In this document: one piece after another, positions 18,938 to 27,544 of the stretch
Layout of the letters: each line of letters opens with the position of its first letter
Position numbering within the stretch: position 1 is the first letter of the stretch
NCBI GenBank assembly: GCA_964620905.1
Contig: CAZUKA010000001.1
Coordinates: 18,141-82,140 of the forward strand
DNA length: 64,000 nt
Reading direction: 5' to 3'
Source: an uncultured Gammaproteobacteria bacterium
Lineage (GTDB): Bacteria > Patescibacteriota > Patescibacteriia > S139-126
Notes under the pieces: generated by a model
Told to the model about the DNA's origin: nothing
The model's database searches: none
Seen by the model: the letters and a program-made list of their open reading frames with translations, nothing else
Translations under genes and position numbers: made by a program

Positions 18938-21127
18938 ATGTCCCAAAACACCCTCAAACGAATCATCCAATCAGGACTGGCAGCTGTGCTGTTTGTGCCA
19001 ATTTTAGTAAGTGGCAAGTTTTTATTTCCCTATATTCATTTAAAAAATGTAACTTTTCGGGTGCTAGTGACAATTATTTTAGTTTTAGCTGTTTGGTATT
19101 TATGGCGACAAGGTGAAATGTATGTGCGCAAAAATTATGTTTTGTATGCTTTTGCTGGACTGCTGGTAGTAGAAGTCATTGCTGGAATTTTTGGGGTAAA
19201 TTCACAAAATAGTTTTTGGAGCAATTATGAACGGATGGATGGTGTGGTTTTGTTTTGGCATTTACTGTTGTACTTGTTTTTACTTTTTCAGTTTTTTCAG
19301 ACCAAAGCCGATTGGCTGTTGTTGTTGCGTTTATCATCAGTGGTGGCTGTGATTTTATCAATTTATGGATTGGCACAACGGGCGGGAGTAAGTAACGCCT
19401 GGATTTTACCCAATGACGCTCCTCGGATCGCTTCCACCATAGGTAATCCTGCTTATTTTGGAGGGTATTTGTTGTTTCACATATTTTTTTCTGGAATTTT
19501 GCTTTACCTAGACCGAGTGCGGTGGCGACAGGTGATTTACGCTTTGGGAGTCATATTTTTCAGCTATATGATGTATGTGACAGGAACTCGTGGACCTTTC
19601 TTAGGACTGGTGGTGGGACTTATGGTGATGGGGCTTATGTATTTTAAACACGCTAGTAAAAAATTGAAAATCGGCATAGCTGTCGGTCTACTGCTTATCC
19701 CTTTGTCTGGAATATTTTTGTATACACAGCGAGATGCTGCTTGGCTTGGCACATCAACTCTAAAAAGAATTGCCGATATCAATTTGAAAGATTTGACTAC
19801 AATTGATCGTATCAATACTTATGTTACTTCGTGGCATGCTTATACCGATCGTCCTTTATTTGGCTATGGACCGGAGAATTATCGTTATGGGTTCAATAAA
19901 TACTACAATCCCGAATTGCATGAACAGTGGTTTGACCGGGCTCACAATGTTATTTTTGATTATCTAAATATAGGTGGACCTTTGGCACTGATCTTTTATT
20001 TATCACTTATGGGATCGGCATTGTATTATCTTTGGCAAGCAAGAAAAGATGATTATTTTTTGAGTGTGCTTATGATTGGTTTGCTGTCAGCTTATTTTTT
20101 CCAAAATTTATTTGTGTTTGATTCATTGAATACTTATTTGCCCTTGCTTGTTAGTTTGGCAATGTCTGCTTGGCTTTTTTTACACAAACAAAATTTGGCT
20201 AGCAAAATTTCAGCTAGAGTAAGATCTTGGCAGTTGCCGGTTTTATTGGTGGTAGTTTTATTTGTCATATTTAGCAATTATTTTATTGTTATTCGCCCGG
20301 CCAAAGCGAATTTGTTGATGATTGAAGCTTATCGTAACAGTGTGGTTGATCCCCAAAAAACTTTGGAACTTTTTCAAGCCAGTATTGATATGAAAACCTA
20401 TGGTTCGCGTGAAGGCATGCTGCAGCTAAATAATTTTGCTAGTTCAATGGTACGCGATCCCAATCAAACCATTGATTTTAAGCAAAAAGTTTTCCAGGTC
20501 AATCGCACTTATATTTTGGATCACCTAAATCGCGACCCGCATGATATTCAACTGCGAATGCTGCTTGCCAATACCTATCTTGGCTATGCTTTGCTGGATA
20601 ATACTTATTATCAAAAAACTGTTGATTTATTATCACCCTACCTTGATGATTCACCGGATAGGCTAGAGATTTATTTTACTTTGGCGCAGGGGTATTTAGG
20701 CGTAGGAGACATTGATCGAGCGGGTTGGGCAGTCAGGACAGCCTATCAAAAAACTCAAAGTAAGCCCTCGGTGTATTTAAATTTACTGAATTATTATGCG
20801 GCGGTCGGAGATACGGAAAATCTTTTGACTATCGCTAGTGAATATGAAAACAAATTTCCGTTGGGTTTGAATGAGTGGAAACAGCTGGCAGAGTTTTATT
20901 ACAATGTTAAATTGTATGACTTGGCAGAAAAAGTATTGCAAACAAAAATCATTCCCCAAGAAAAAGAAAATATTCAAAATTTTGCTTCCCTGGTAGCTGT
21001 TTGGCGGGATATGGGAAAAATTGACGAAGCGATTGGTTTGCTGGAAGAAATGCGTTTAGCTTTTCCGCAATATGCCAGTGATATCAATAACTATATTGAG
21101 CAAATGCGAGAGGAAATGGGTAATTAA
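18938..21127 (+). CDS. O-antigen ligase-like / O-oligosaccharyltransferase family protein with C-terminal TPRs
   Basis: Many TMs; RIASTIGNPAYFG, TGTRG, RPLFGYGPENY and DRAHNVIFD (Wzy_C family motifs). Confidence 0.85.
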   Translation: MSQNTLKRIIQSGLAAVLFVPILVSGKFLFPYIHLKNVTFRVLVTIILVLAVWYLWRQGEMYVRKNYVLYAFAGLLVVEVIAGIFGVNSQNSFWSNYERMDGVVLFWHLLLYLFLLFQFFQTKADWLLLLRLSSVVAVILSIYGLAQRAGVSNAWILPNDAPRIASTIGNPAYFGGYLLFHIFFSGILLYLDRVRWRQVIYALGVIFFSYMMYVTGTRGPFLGLVVGLMVMGLMYFKHASKKLKIGIAVGLLLIPLSGIFLYTQRDAAWLGTSTLKRIADINLKDLTTIDRINTYVTSWHAYTDRPLFGYGPENYRYGFNKYYNPELHEQWFDRAHNVIFDYLNIGGPLALIFYLSLMGSALYYLWQARKDDYFLSVLMIGLLSAYFFQNLFVFDSLNTYLPLLVSLAMSAWLFLHKQNLASKISARVRSWQLPVLLVVVLFVIFSNYFIVIRPAKANLLMIEAYRNSVVDPQKTLELFQASIDMKTYGSREGMLQLNNFASSMVRDPNQTIDFKQKVFQVNRTYILDHLNRDPHDIQLRMLLANTYLGYALLDNTYYQKTVDLLSPYLDDSPDRLEIYFTLAQGYLGVGDIDRAGWAVRTAYQKTQSKPSVYLNLLNYYAAVGDTENLLTIASEYENKFPLGLNEWKQLAEFYYNVKLYDLAEKVLQTKIIPQEKENIQNFASLVAVWRDMGKIDEAIGLLEEMRLAFPQYASDINNYIEQMREEMGN

Positions 21128-21161
21128 TTTTAAATTATAAATTGTAAATTTTAAATGTAAT

Positions 21162-21188
21162 TGTCATTCCCGTGTAAACGGGAATCCA
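21162..21188. repeat. TGTCA-tagged REP-like palindrome
   Basis: TGTCATTCCCG-tgtaaa-CGGGAATCCA. Confidence 0.75.
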
Positions 21189-21218
21189 AAAATTAAAAAT
21201 AAAAGATTTTTTATTTCA

Positions 21219-21380
21219 ACTTTTTGTCAGCAAAAAGTAGCAAAAACTGCCGACCAGCGCTTCCGTTCAGGCAAAATTGCCAAACGCTCGCTTGCCTCTC
21301 AAAAGCGCTTACTCTAGTTGAGAGGCAAATCCCGCTCGTTTATTGGCAATTTTTCACTTCAGGAAGCGGAAGGTCGGAAT
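21219..21380. repeat. ~165-nt structured repeat, copy 2
   Basis: Homologous to 13508-13674, with compensatory stem changes. Confidence 0.8.
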
Positions 21381-21546
21381 ATTTTAAAAATTTTGATTTA
21401 TTTAAAAATTAAAAAATTACAAAATTAAAAATTGATTAGTAATTAATAATTGACCAAAAGTTATCCCCTGGTCATATATTAAATATTTTTTATAATAAAA
21501 AGCAAAGTTAATTTGAACTAGGAAGGAGGGTATTAGTAAAAAGTTC

Positions 21547-21594
21547 ACCCTGTTAAATTGCTTTTGCACCGCCTGTGGCGGATTTAACAAGGGT
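21547..21594. repeat. CCCTGTTAAAT...ATTTAACA(A)GGG palindromic element, copy 1
   Basis: Near-identical to 29688-29733. Confidence 0.75.
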
Positions 21595-21617
21595 TTAAGT
21601 TAGAAAGCACAAAGCAT

Positions 21618-21773
21618 TGTCATGCTGAACTCGTTTCAGCATCTTATGAGATTCCGAACCAAGTTCGGGATGACAAAAAATAAAAAAATTAAAATGCCAT
21701 TCCGTATTTAATACGGAATCTAAAAACAAAAAAATATTTATTTTTTGGATTCCTGACTAGATCAGGAATGACA
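21618..21773. repeat. Two inverted pairs of TGTCA-tagged palindromes
   Basis: 21618-21675 reads TGTCATGCTGAA...TTCAGCATCT-tatg-AGATTCCGAA...TTCGGGATGACA; a second pair lies at 21695-21721 and 21746-21773. Confidence 0.8.
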
Positions 21774-21917
21774 AGGAAAATTGATTTCTGATATATTACA
21801 AAAGTAAAATTCCTGCCACTACAGGCAGGCAGGAATGAAAAAATTCATACATCATAAATCATAACCAAATTCTTAATACTTAAAAATTATAAAATTTAAA
21901 AATTAAAAATTTTTTAT

Positions 21918-24308
21918 ATGAGGAGAGAGAAGAAAAACATATTTTTTTTGTTGACGACTTTGATTGGTAGCAGTCGCAGGTTATTTATCCCAATAACAAT
22001 CGGGATTTTTTTGTTTTTTGTTTTTATTTTGCCAGTTCAAGCTATTATCATCGCACCCACAGCCACAGTCGGTGGTACAGTGAGAGATGCTAATACCAAT
22101 CAAACAATACCCGGTGCTCGGTTGATGGTGGTGGAAACTTTTACTGACCCTAACTGCGTAGCCGAGTTTGGTGAAAATAAATGTTTTGACAATCATTATA
22201 TATTCAACGAGACCACGACCAATTCATCCGGATCTTATAACTTTATAGTTGATGCTTGCGGTATGTCTTCATTGTTGGTAATTGTCAAAGAGGGCTATCA
22301 AAATTTTTCCCAGCCGAATAGTTTTGCTTGTTGGAGTAGTCAGGTAAAAAATATTTTACTAACGCCTGATAATCCTGTCTTACCTGAGCCGGTTATAATT
22401 ATTCCAGGGATTATGGCCAGTTGGAACCGGTATCTTTTAGACAAAAATTTAGAATACGCTGATGAGTGGGTGCTTGATCCACATTTTCACACTTATGACC
22501 AGCTGATTTCTGACCTGCAAACCTATGGAGGTTATGTCTTGGGCCAAACCTTGTTTACTTTTCCTTATGACTGGCGGAAAAATAATGAGTTTACCGCCCA
22601 ACTGTTGCGATCAAGAATTCAAGACATCAAAGCTCAAACCGGAGCTAGTAAAGTTGATATAGTAGCTCATTCTATGGGCGGACTGATAGTTAGGTATTAT
22701 ATTGAGAGTGAATTATATCAAGATGACATTGACCAGTTAATTTTTATTGCCACGCCCCAACGCGGCGCACCCAAAGCGTATCTGGCTTGGGAAGGCGGAT
22801 TTTTGGGGACCAGTATTGTGTCTGATTTTTTATTAGAAGTTTTAATTGCAAAAATTGCCAAAACTGATGGATTTTGTGACAGCGTTATAACCCGCAATAC
22901 GTGTGTTTACAACTATATCCGCAACTATCCAGTAGCCACAGTCAAACAACTTTTACCAGATAATGCATATCTAGAATCAGCATTGACCAGTGAGTTATTG
23001 TTGTATCCTGACAATCATCCAAACAATGATTTTTTGGAATTTTTAAATAATCAGGAAAGTTTGGCTAAGTTGTATGATTCTGGCATTGAGATTAGCACAA
23101 TATACAACTCTACCCCAAATAGCACTGTAGCTGGCATTAAAGTAATTGACCGTGAAGCAGGTCAAGTTCCTTTTTGGGAATATGGTTATCCGCACGGGTT
23201 TACTAGTTTGTTAAGAAATAATGGAATAATAAAAGGAAATGGAGATGGTACAGTAACAATTGATAGTAGTATTTATTTAGATTCAACTAGAAATATAAGT
23301 AAATTAAGTACAAATCATTCGAAGATTGTTTCGTTATCAGCCAAAAATGTAATTGAAATATTAAAAGGGGAATTTATTGATATTCAAGTAATTGATCAAC
23401 CAGATGAGTATGTAATTATTCAAGTGCATTCACCAATCAATGCGCAAATAGCAACGCCTCAAGGGAAAATTGTTGGGCAGGATTTTGCTTCTGGAGTTGA
23501 TGTCAATGAAGTTGAAGGAGCATATTACTCTGGCAGTGGAGCAACAAATGAATATATTGTTTTACCGCTAGTTGAAACAGGGGAATATGAGGTTAGTTTA
23601 CAAGGAACTGGAAGTGGTGAATATAAAGTTGAAATAATTTTAGCTGATGAGCAAGGAATAAGCAGTAAGGCATTTTCCGGTCAAATAGCCCCTGAAGTTG
23701 TGATAGATCTAAAGTTTCAGATAAATGAACAGGAGATAGGTGAAATTTTACCTGTTGATAAAACTGATCCAGTTATTACTATCACTAGTCCGGAAGTAAA
23801 AGAGTATGAACATCATTTACTGGTGCCAATCCAATATTTAGCAACAGATGATAGTGGGCAAATAACCACCAGCACTATTTGGTTCGATAGTGAAGAATAT
23901 GGGGGAGAAAATATTGATTTGTTTGTTTGGGAACTTGGGGAACACAAACTAGTAGTAAAGAGTAGTGATTGGTCAGGCAATAGTGCAGAACAAGAGGTTG
24001 TATTTACAGTTATTGCCACTATAACTAGTTTGCGATCAGATATCAATCGGTTGTATGATGAAGGAGAAATAAAAAATCAAAAAACCAAACAACAGCTTTT
24101 GACTGATACTGAAGTTTTGCAAAAGCTTTTGCAGTTTTATAAACCATATTTAGCGTCCAAACATCCATTTTTTGGCATGGTAATTGATAAGATCATAGGA
24201 GAGGTTATAAGCAAGCGACTTAGTAAGTATTTACGTCAAGGATATATCAGTGTCAAAACACACCAAATTTTGAAAACGCAAATGATTTATATAATTAAAC
24301 ATTATTAA
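21918..24308 (+). CDS. Secreted alpha/beta-hydrolase (LCAT/PGAP1-like lipase or acyltransferase) with accessory beta-sandwich domains
   Basis: PVIIIPGIMAS, FPYDWR, nucleophile motif AHSMGG, TPQRGAP, GDGTV; N-terminal signal; carboxypeptidase-regulatory-like segment GTVRDANTNQTIPGA. Confidence 0.85.
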   Translation: MRREKKNIFFLLTTLIGSSRRLFIPITIGIFLFFVFILPVQAIIIAPTATVGGTVRDANTNQTIPGARLMVVETFTDPNCVAEFGENKCFDNHYIFNETTTNSSGSYNFIVDACGMSSLLVIVKEGYQNFSQPNSFACWSSQVKNILLTPDNPVLPEPVIIIPGIMASWNRYLLDKNLEYADEWVLDPHFHTYDQLISDLQTYGGYVLGQTLFTFPYDWRKNNEFTAQLLRSRIQDIKAQTGASKVDIVAHSMGGLIVRYYIESELYQDDIDQLIFIATPQRGAPKAYLAWEGGFLGTSIVSDFLLEVLIAKIAKTDGFCDSVITRNTCVYNYIRNYPVATVKQLLPDNAYLESALTSELLLYPDNHPNNDFLEFLNNQESLAKLYDSGIEISTIYNSTPNSTVAGIKVIDREAGQVPFWEYGYPHGFTSLLRNNGIIKGNGDGTVTIDSSIYLDSTRNISKLSTNHSKIVSLSAKNVIEILKGEFIDIQVIDQPDEYVIIQVHSPINAQIATPQGKIVGQDFASGVDVNEVEGAYYSGSGATNEYIVLPLVETGEYEVSLQGTGSGEYKVEIILADEQGISSKAFSGQIAPEVVIDLKFQINEQEIGEILPVDKTDPVITITSPEVKEYEHHLLVPIQYLATDDSGQITTSTIWFDSEEYGGENIDLFVWELGEHKLVVKSSDWSGNSAEQEVVFTVIATITSLRSDINRLYDEGEIKNQKTKQQLLTDTEVLQKLLQFYKPYLASKHPFFGMVIDKIIGEVISKRLSKYLRQGYISVKTHQILKTQMIYIIKHY

Positions 24309-24311
24309 TTT

Positions 24312-24689
24312 ATGAAAAAAACAGTTTATTTTATCCTGTCTTGGCTAGGAGTAGCTATTTTAGCCTGGCTAACAGCCAGTATTGGTAAAAATATTTACGG
24401 CATATTTTTTCCTGATCAAGTAATGGGTACTTGGATTAATATCATTGAGCCTGGTATTATAGAAGGATTTGTATTGGTATATTTATTTTGGCTGGGACTT
24501 TTGTTTGTGCCCGTGTTTAAAACCAAATGGTGGCAGTATGCTTTGGCACCGGGTTTAATATTATTTTTACCTTTTATGCTTTTTTGGCAAATTGCTCTAA
24601 TGGGGATAATGTTCTTTGCGGTTGGAGTGGGGTTGGGGTATCTGGCGCTTTGGTTGAAGAAAAAAATTGGTACAGGATTTAAGATTTAG
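24312..24689 (+). CDS. Small four-TM membrane protein
   Basis: Starts 3 bp after the lipase stop; hydrophobic helices. Confidence 0.65.
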   Translation: MKKTVYFILSWLGVAILAWLTASIGKNIYGIFFPDQVMGTWINIIEPGIIEGFVLVYLFWLGLLFVPVFKTKWWQYALAPGLILFLPFMLFWQIALMGIMFFAVGVGLGYLALWLKKKIGTGFKI

Positions 24690-24717
24690 GATTTATGATT
24701 TAAGAATAGATTTTTAT

Positions 24718-24799
24718 TCCCTCTCTTAAAATAAGAGAGGGTTAGGGAGAGTTATATTTTTGATTTTAACCCCCTTAGTCCCCCTTATATTAAGGGGGA
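24718..24799. repeat. Inverted pair of CCCTCTC/CCCCCTT-type GC-rich palindromes
   Basis: CCCTCTCTTA-aaa-TAAGAGAGGG-ttagggagagtta followed by taacccccttag-TCCCCCTTA-tat-TAAGGGGGA. Confidence 0.65.
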
Positions 24800-24810
24800 A
24801 AAGAGAAAGT

Positions 24811-24873
24811 AAGATTTATATGAAGGTTTATTTTAGATTTTTTTGGATTCCTGCCTGCGCAGAAATGACAAGG
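24811..24873 (+). repeat. 63-bp direct repeat, copy 1 (duplicate of the GIY-YIG 3' end plus downstream palindrome)
   Basis: Identical by eye to 25220-25282. Confidence 0.9.
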
Positions 24874-24957
24874 ATAAATACAAAAATGTCATTCCTTATT
24901 TAATAAAGAACATCTTGTCATCCCTGACTTGATCAGGGATTTAAAAATAAAAAAAAG

Positions 24958-25245
24958 ATGAGAGAGTATTTTGTTTATATTCTGGCTAGTAATATAAATG
25001 GCACATTGTATATAGGTGTGACTTCAGATTTGAAGAAAAGGATATATGAACATAAAAATGATTTAGTACCAGGTTTTACCAAGAGATATAAAATTCATGA
25101 TTTAGTTTATTTTGAAGTAACCAATGACATCAGAGAAGCATTACTTAGAGAAAAAAGATTAAAAAAATGGAAAAGAGAGTGGAAAATTAAGCTAATTGAA
25201 AAAAATAACCCAAGTTGGAAAGATTTATATGAAGGTTTATTTTAG
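24958..25245 (+). CDS. Stand-alone GIY-YIG nuclease family protein
   Basis: YFVYILAS...LYIGVTSDLKKRIYEHK...LVYFE...REKRLKKWKREWKIKLIE.NP.W.DL. Confidence 0.92.
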   Translation: MREYFVYILASNINGTLYIGVTSDLKKRIYEHKNDLVPGFTKRYKIHDLVYFEVTNDIREALLREKRLKKWKREWKIKLIEKNNPSWKDLYEGLF

Positions 25246-25282
25246 ATTTTTTTGGATTCCTGCCTGCGCAGAAATGACAAGG
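25220..25282 (+). repeat. 63-bp direct repeat, copy 2
   Basis: Identical by eye to 24811-24873. Confidence 0.9.
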
Positions 25283-25376
25283 GAGAAGGGATTCCTGTTG
25301 AAGTTTATCCGCTAAATAAGCGGGATAGGAATGACAAAAGAAAAGCGGAAGGTCATAATACCTTAATATATATAAC

Positions 25377-25690
25377 ATGGAGATAAAATTTCTTTTACCT
25401 GAAATAAAAAGATATATTTTTAGTCTTGAGAATAATATGCCACAAAGAGTTTTTCGGGTTATAGATTTACTGAAGAGGTTTGGTAGTAATTTACCTATGC
25501 TCTTATCCGAAGTTTAGGAAAGGGATTGTTTGAATTGAGAATAAAAGGGAATAAAGAAATAAGAATATTTTTCTGTTTTTATAAAGATCAGGCAGTTTTA
25601 TTGCATATATTTACAAAGAAAACAAAAACTATACCCTTTAGAGAATTAAATATAGCTAAAGAGCGAATGAAGGACTTGACTGAATTATAA
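25377..25690 (+). pseudogene. Frameshifted RelE/ParE-family (Gp49/HigB-like) toxin
   Basis: ATG 25377 reads MEIKFLLPEIKRYIFSL...LLKRFGSNLPM and then stops; the shifted frame continues IRSLGKGLFELRIKGNKEIRIFFCF...VLLHIFTKKTKTIPFRELNIAKERMK to TAA 25690. Confidence 0.8.
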
Positions 25691-25705
25691 CTTATATGTT
25701 ATAAT
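25676..25705 (+). promoter_or_regulatory. Antitoxin promoter with palindromic operator
   Basis: TTGACT-18-TATAAT overlapping TTATAAC-ttatat-GTTATAA. Confidence 0.6.
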
Positions 25706-25711
25706 GATTTT

Positions 25712-26002
25712 ATGAAGAAAAAAATATATTTAGAATCATATTCTAGAGTAAAAAAACAAGCTTTTCGTAAAAAAGGTTTTAAAAAGGCTTATGATGAATT
25801 GGAGCCTGAGTTTGCTTTGATTGAGATGATAATTGCCAAGAGAATTGAAAAAGGAATGACGCAAAGTCAGTTGGCAAAGAAAATGGGTACTAAGCAATCA
25901 GCTATTTCCCGACTGGAAGGAGGCGAGTACAATCCCTCATTGGATTTTTTGAAAAAATTGTCCAAAGCACTTGATGTCAAAATGAAAATATCATTTAATT
26001 AG
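25712..26002 (+). CDS. XRE-family HTH antitoxin (HigA-like)
   Basis: RIEKGMTQSQLAKKMGTKQSAISRLEGGEYNPSLDFL; lies downstream of the toxin remnant. Confidence 0.88.
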   Translation: MKKKIYLESYSRVKKQAFRKKGFKKAYDELEPEFALIEMIIAKRIEKGMTQSQLAKKMGTKQSAISRLEGGEYNPSLDFLKKLSKALDVKMKISFN

Positions 26003-26184
26003 AATTTATTTTTAAAATTAGAAAATTTATTTACAATTTATAATTTGAAATTTATAATTTTTCTTCAAAATTAGCCCTGTGGATAACTTTATTGCTGGTT
26101 GAGATAAATAATTGTTATAATATTAGCGAAAAAGTAGATTTTAATTTTTATTCTAGTTTCACTATATAACTCTTGGAGGAGAGG

Positions 26185-26211
26185 ACGCCGTGCTGCAGCA
26201 CGGCGTTTTTT
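26185..26211 (+). terminator. Strong intrinsic terminator
   Basis: ACGCCGTGCTGCAGCACGGCGT perfect palindrome followed by TTTTT. Confidence 0.75.
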
Positions 26212-26284
26212 GATACAAAAAAAACAGACCAGGGTCTGATTTAGTTGAAAGTTAGTAAAGTATATAAAGTTAGGAAGTATAGTT

Positions 26285-26348
26285 GATTTAAGATTTATGA
26301 TTTAAAATTTAAGAATACTCATAAATTATACTTCATATATCATAAATC
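26285..26348. repeat. Heptamer inverted-array hairpin (empty site)
   Basis: About 5 GATTTAN-like units followed by about 4 CATAAAT-like units. Confidence 0.7.
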
Positions 26349-26371
26349 TTATAAATTATTTATAATTTAAA

Positions 26372-27505
26372 TTAACCATTATAGGTTTCTCTAGTTTTAG
26401 ATATCATATTGCCAATATCAATATGTTGTCTCACTGTCTGTAACTGTTTATTGTCTAGTGGTGTTTGATTTATTAATTCCCTGATAGCTTGGGCCAAAGA
26501 TTGGATATCATTTGCCTCAACCAAACGATAATGAGTTTGCGGATAAAATTCTAGCATTTCAAAAATTCCACCCACTCTAGTCGTGACAATTGGTAAGCCA
26601 ACAGCCATCGCTTCCAGTAAGGTATAAGGCAGGCCTTCTTTGACTGAAGGTAGAACGAAAACATCAAAAGCCGGTAAATATTTTTTGGCATTTTGGATAC
26701 TCCCCAACAAAAATACTTTATTCTCAAGTTTTTTTTGTTTGATAAGATTTTGTAAATTTTTCTTTTCCGGTCCTTCACCAATGATACAGAAAATAGTATC
26801 AGAGTTTGTCTCCACAATTTTATTTGCTGCTGTAATGAGGGCAGGTAGATTTTTGGTAGGATAAAGATTGGCAATAGAACCAATCAGATGACCACTAGTT
26901 GTTAGTTGCTCATTTTTTGCTAAGCGAACTAATTTTTCACGTGCCTCGTTTTTTCCCAAAGTAGATGTGTTGGCTATTTCTATACCATTGTGGATAGTAA
27001 CTATTTTTTCCATAGGAAAATTGTTTAAGCGGGCAGCGGAACGGTCGTATTCTGATACGCAGATAACTTTGTTTTTGTATTTGGCGGAGACCTTTTCTGC
27101 CCATAAATAAATTTTTTTCAAAATTTCGGCAATTGGTTCCAAAAAAACCCAACCGTGTGCAGTATAAATAACTTTTTTCTTTAAACCCCAAGCTGCCAGA
27201 GATCCTAGGATACTTATTTTGCTGCTGTTTAGATGGATAACGTCGGGATTTATTTTTTTAATAATTTTTCTAATTTCAAAAATTGCCAGCAAGTCAAAAT
27301 GCGGTAAAATTGATCGTTTGACATATTTTAACCGGCACCAAGGAATATTGGCATCTTTCAATTTCAAAGGTAGCCAATCAGTGTTTAGGCCACCGGAAGC
27401 TACTGTGATATCAAATTCATCTTTGAGGTGCGTTGCTAAATCCAAAACATAAGCTTGGGCACCACCAGCTTCAGGGAGAGTAATTAAATATAAGATTTTT
27501 TGCAT
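26372..27505 (-). CDS. Glycosyltransferase family 4
   Basis: GGAQAYV, IHLNSSK, YTAHGW, FVLPSVKEGLPYTLLEAMAVG. Confidence 0.92.
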   Translation of the reverse strand: MQKILYLITLPEAGGAQAYVLDLATHLKDEFDITVASGGLNTDWLPLKLKDANIPWCRLKYVKRSILPHFDLLAIFEIRKIIKKINPDVIHLNSSKISILGSLAAWGLKKKVIYTAHGWVFLEPIAEILKKIYLWAEKVSAKYKNKVICVSEYDRSAARLNNFPMEKIVTIHNGIEIANTSTLGKNEAREKLVRLAKNEQLTTSGHLIGSIANLYPTKNLPALITAANKIVETNSDTIFCIIGEGPEKKNLQNLIKQKKLENKVFLLGSIQNAKKYLPAFDVFVLPSVKEGLPYTLLEAMAVGLPIVTTRVGGIFEMLEFYPQTHYRLVEANDIQSLAQAIRELINQTPLDNKQLQTVRQHIDIGNMISKTRETYNG

Positions 27506-27514
27506 AGCAAAAAA

Positions 27515-27544
27515 GATTTATGATTTATGAAGTATGATTTAAGA
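27515..27544. repeat. Heptamer array (GATTTAN), left arm flanking the four-helix-bundle gene
   Basis: GATTTAT GATTTAT GAAGTAT GATTTAA; overlaps the gene's last codons. Confidence 0.8.

Noticed and set aside
21224-21412. 62-aa ORF (and 13417-13629 on the minus strand)
   Set aside because: Both lie over the structured 165-nt repeat, have no protein-like features, and the frame is not shared between the copies.
21162-21840. CRISPR array or integron attC array
   Set aside because: Palindromes differ in sequence, alternate in orientation and have irregular spacing. There are no cas genes, no integron integrase and no clear GTTRRRY/RYYYAAC cassette boundaries.
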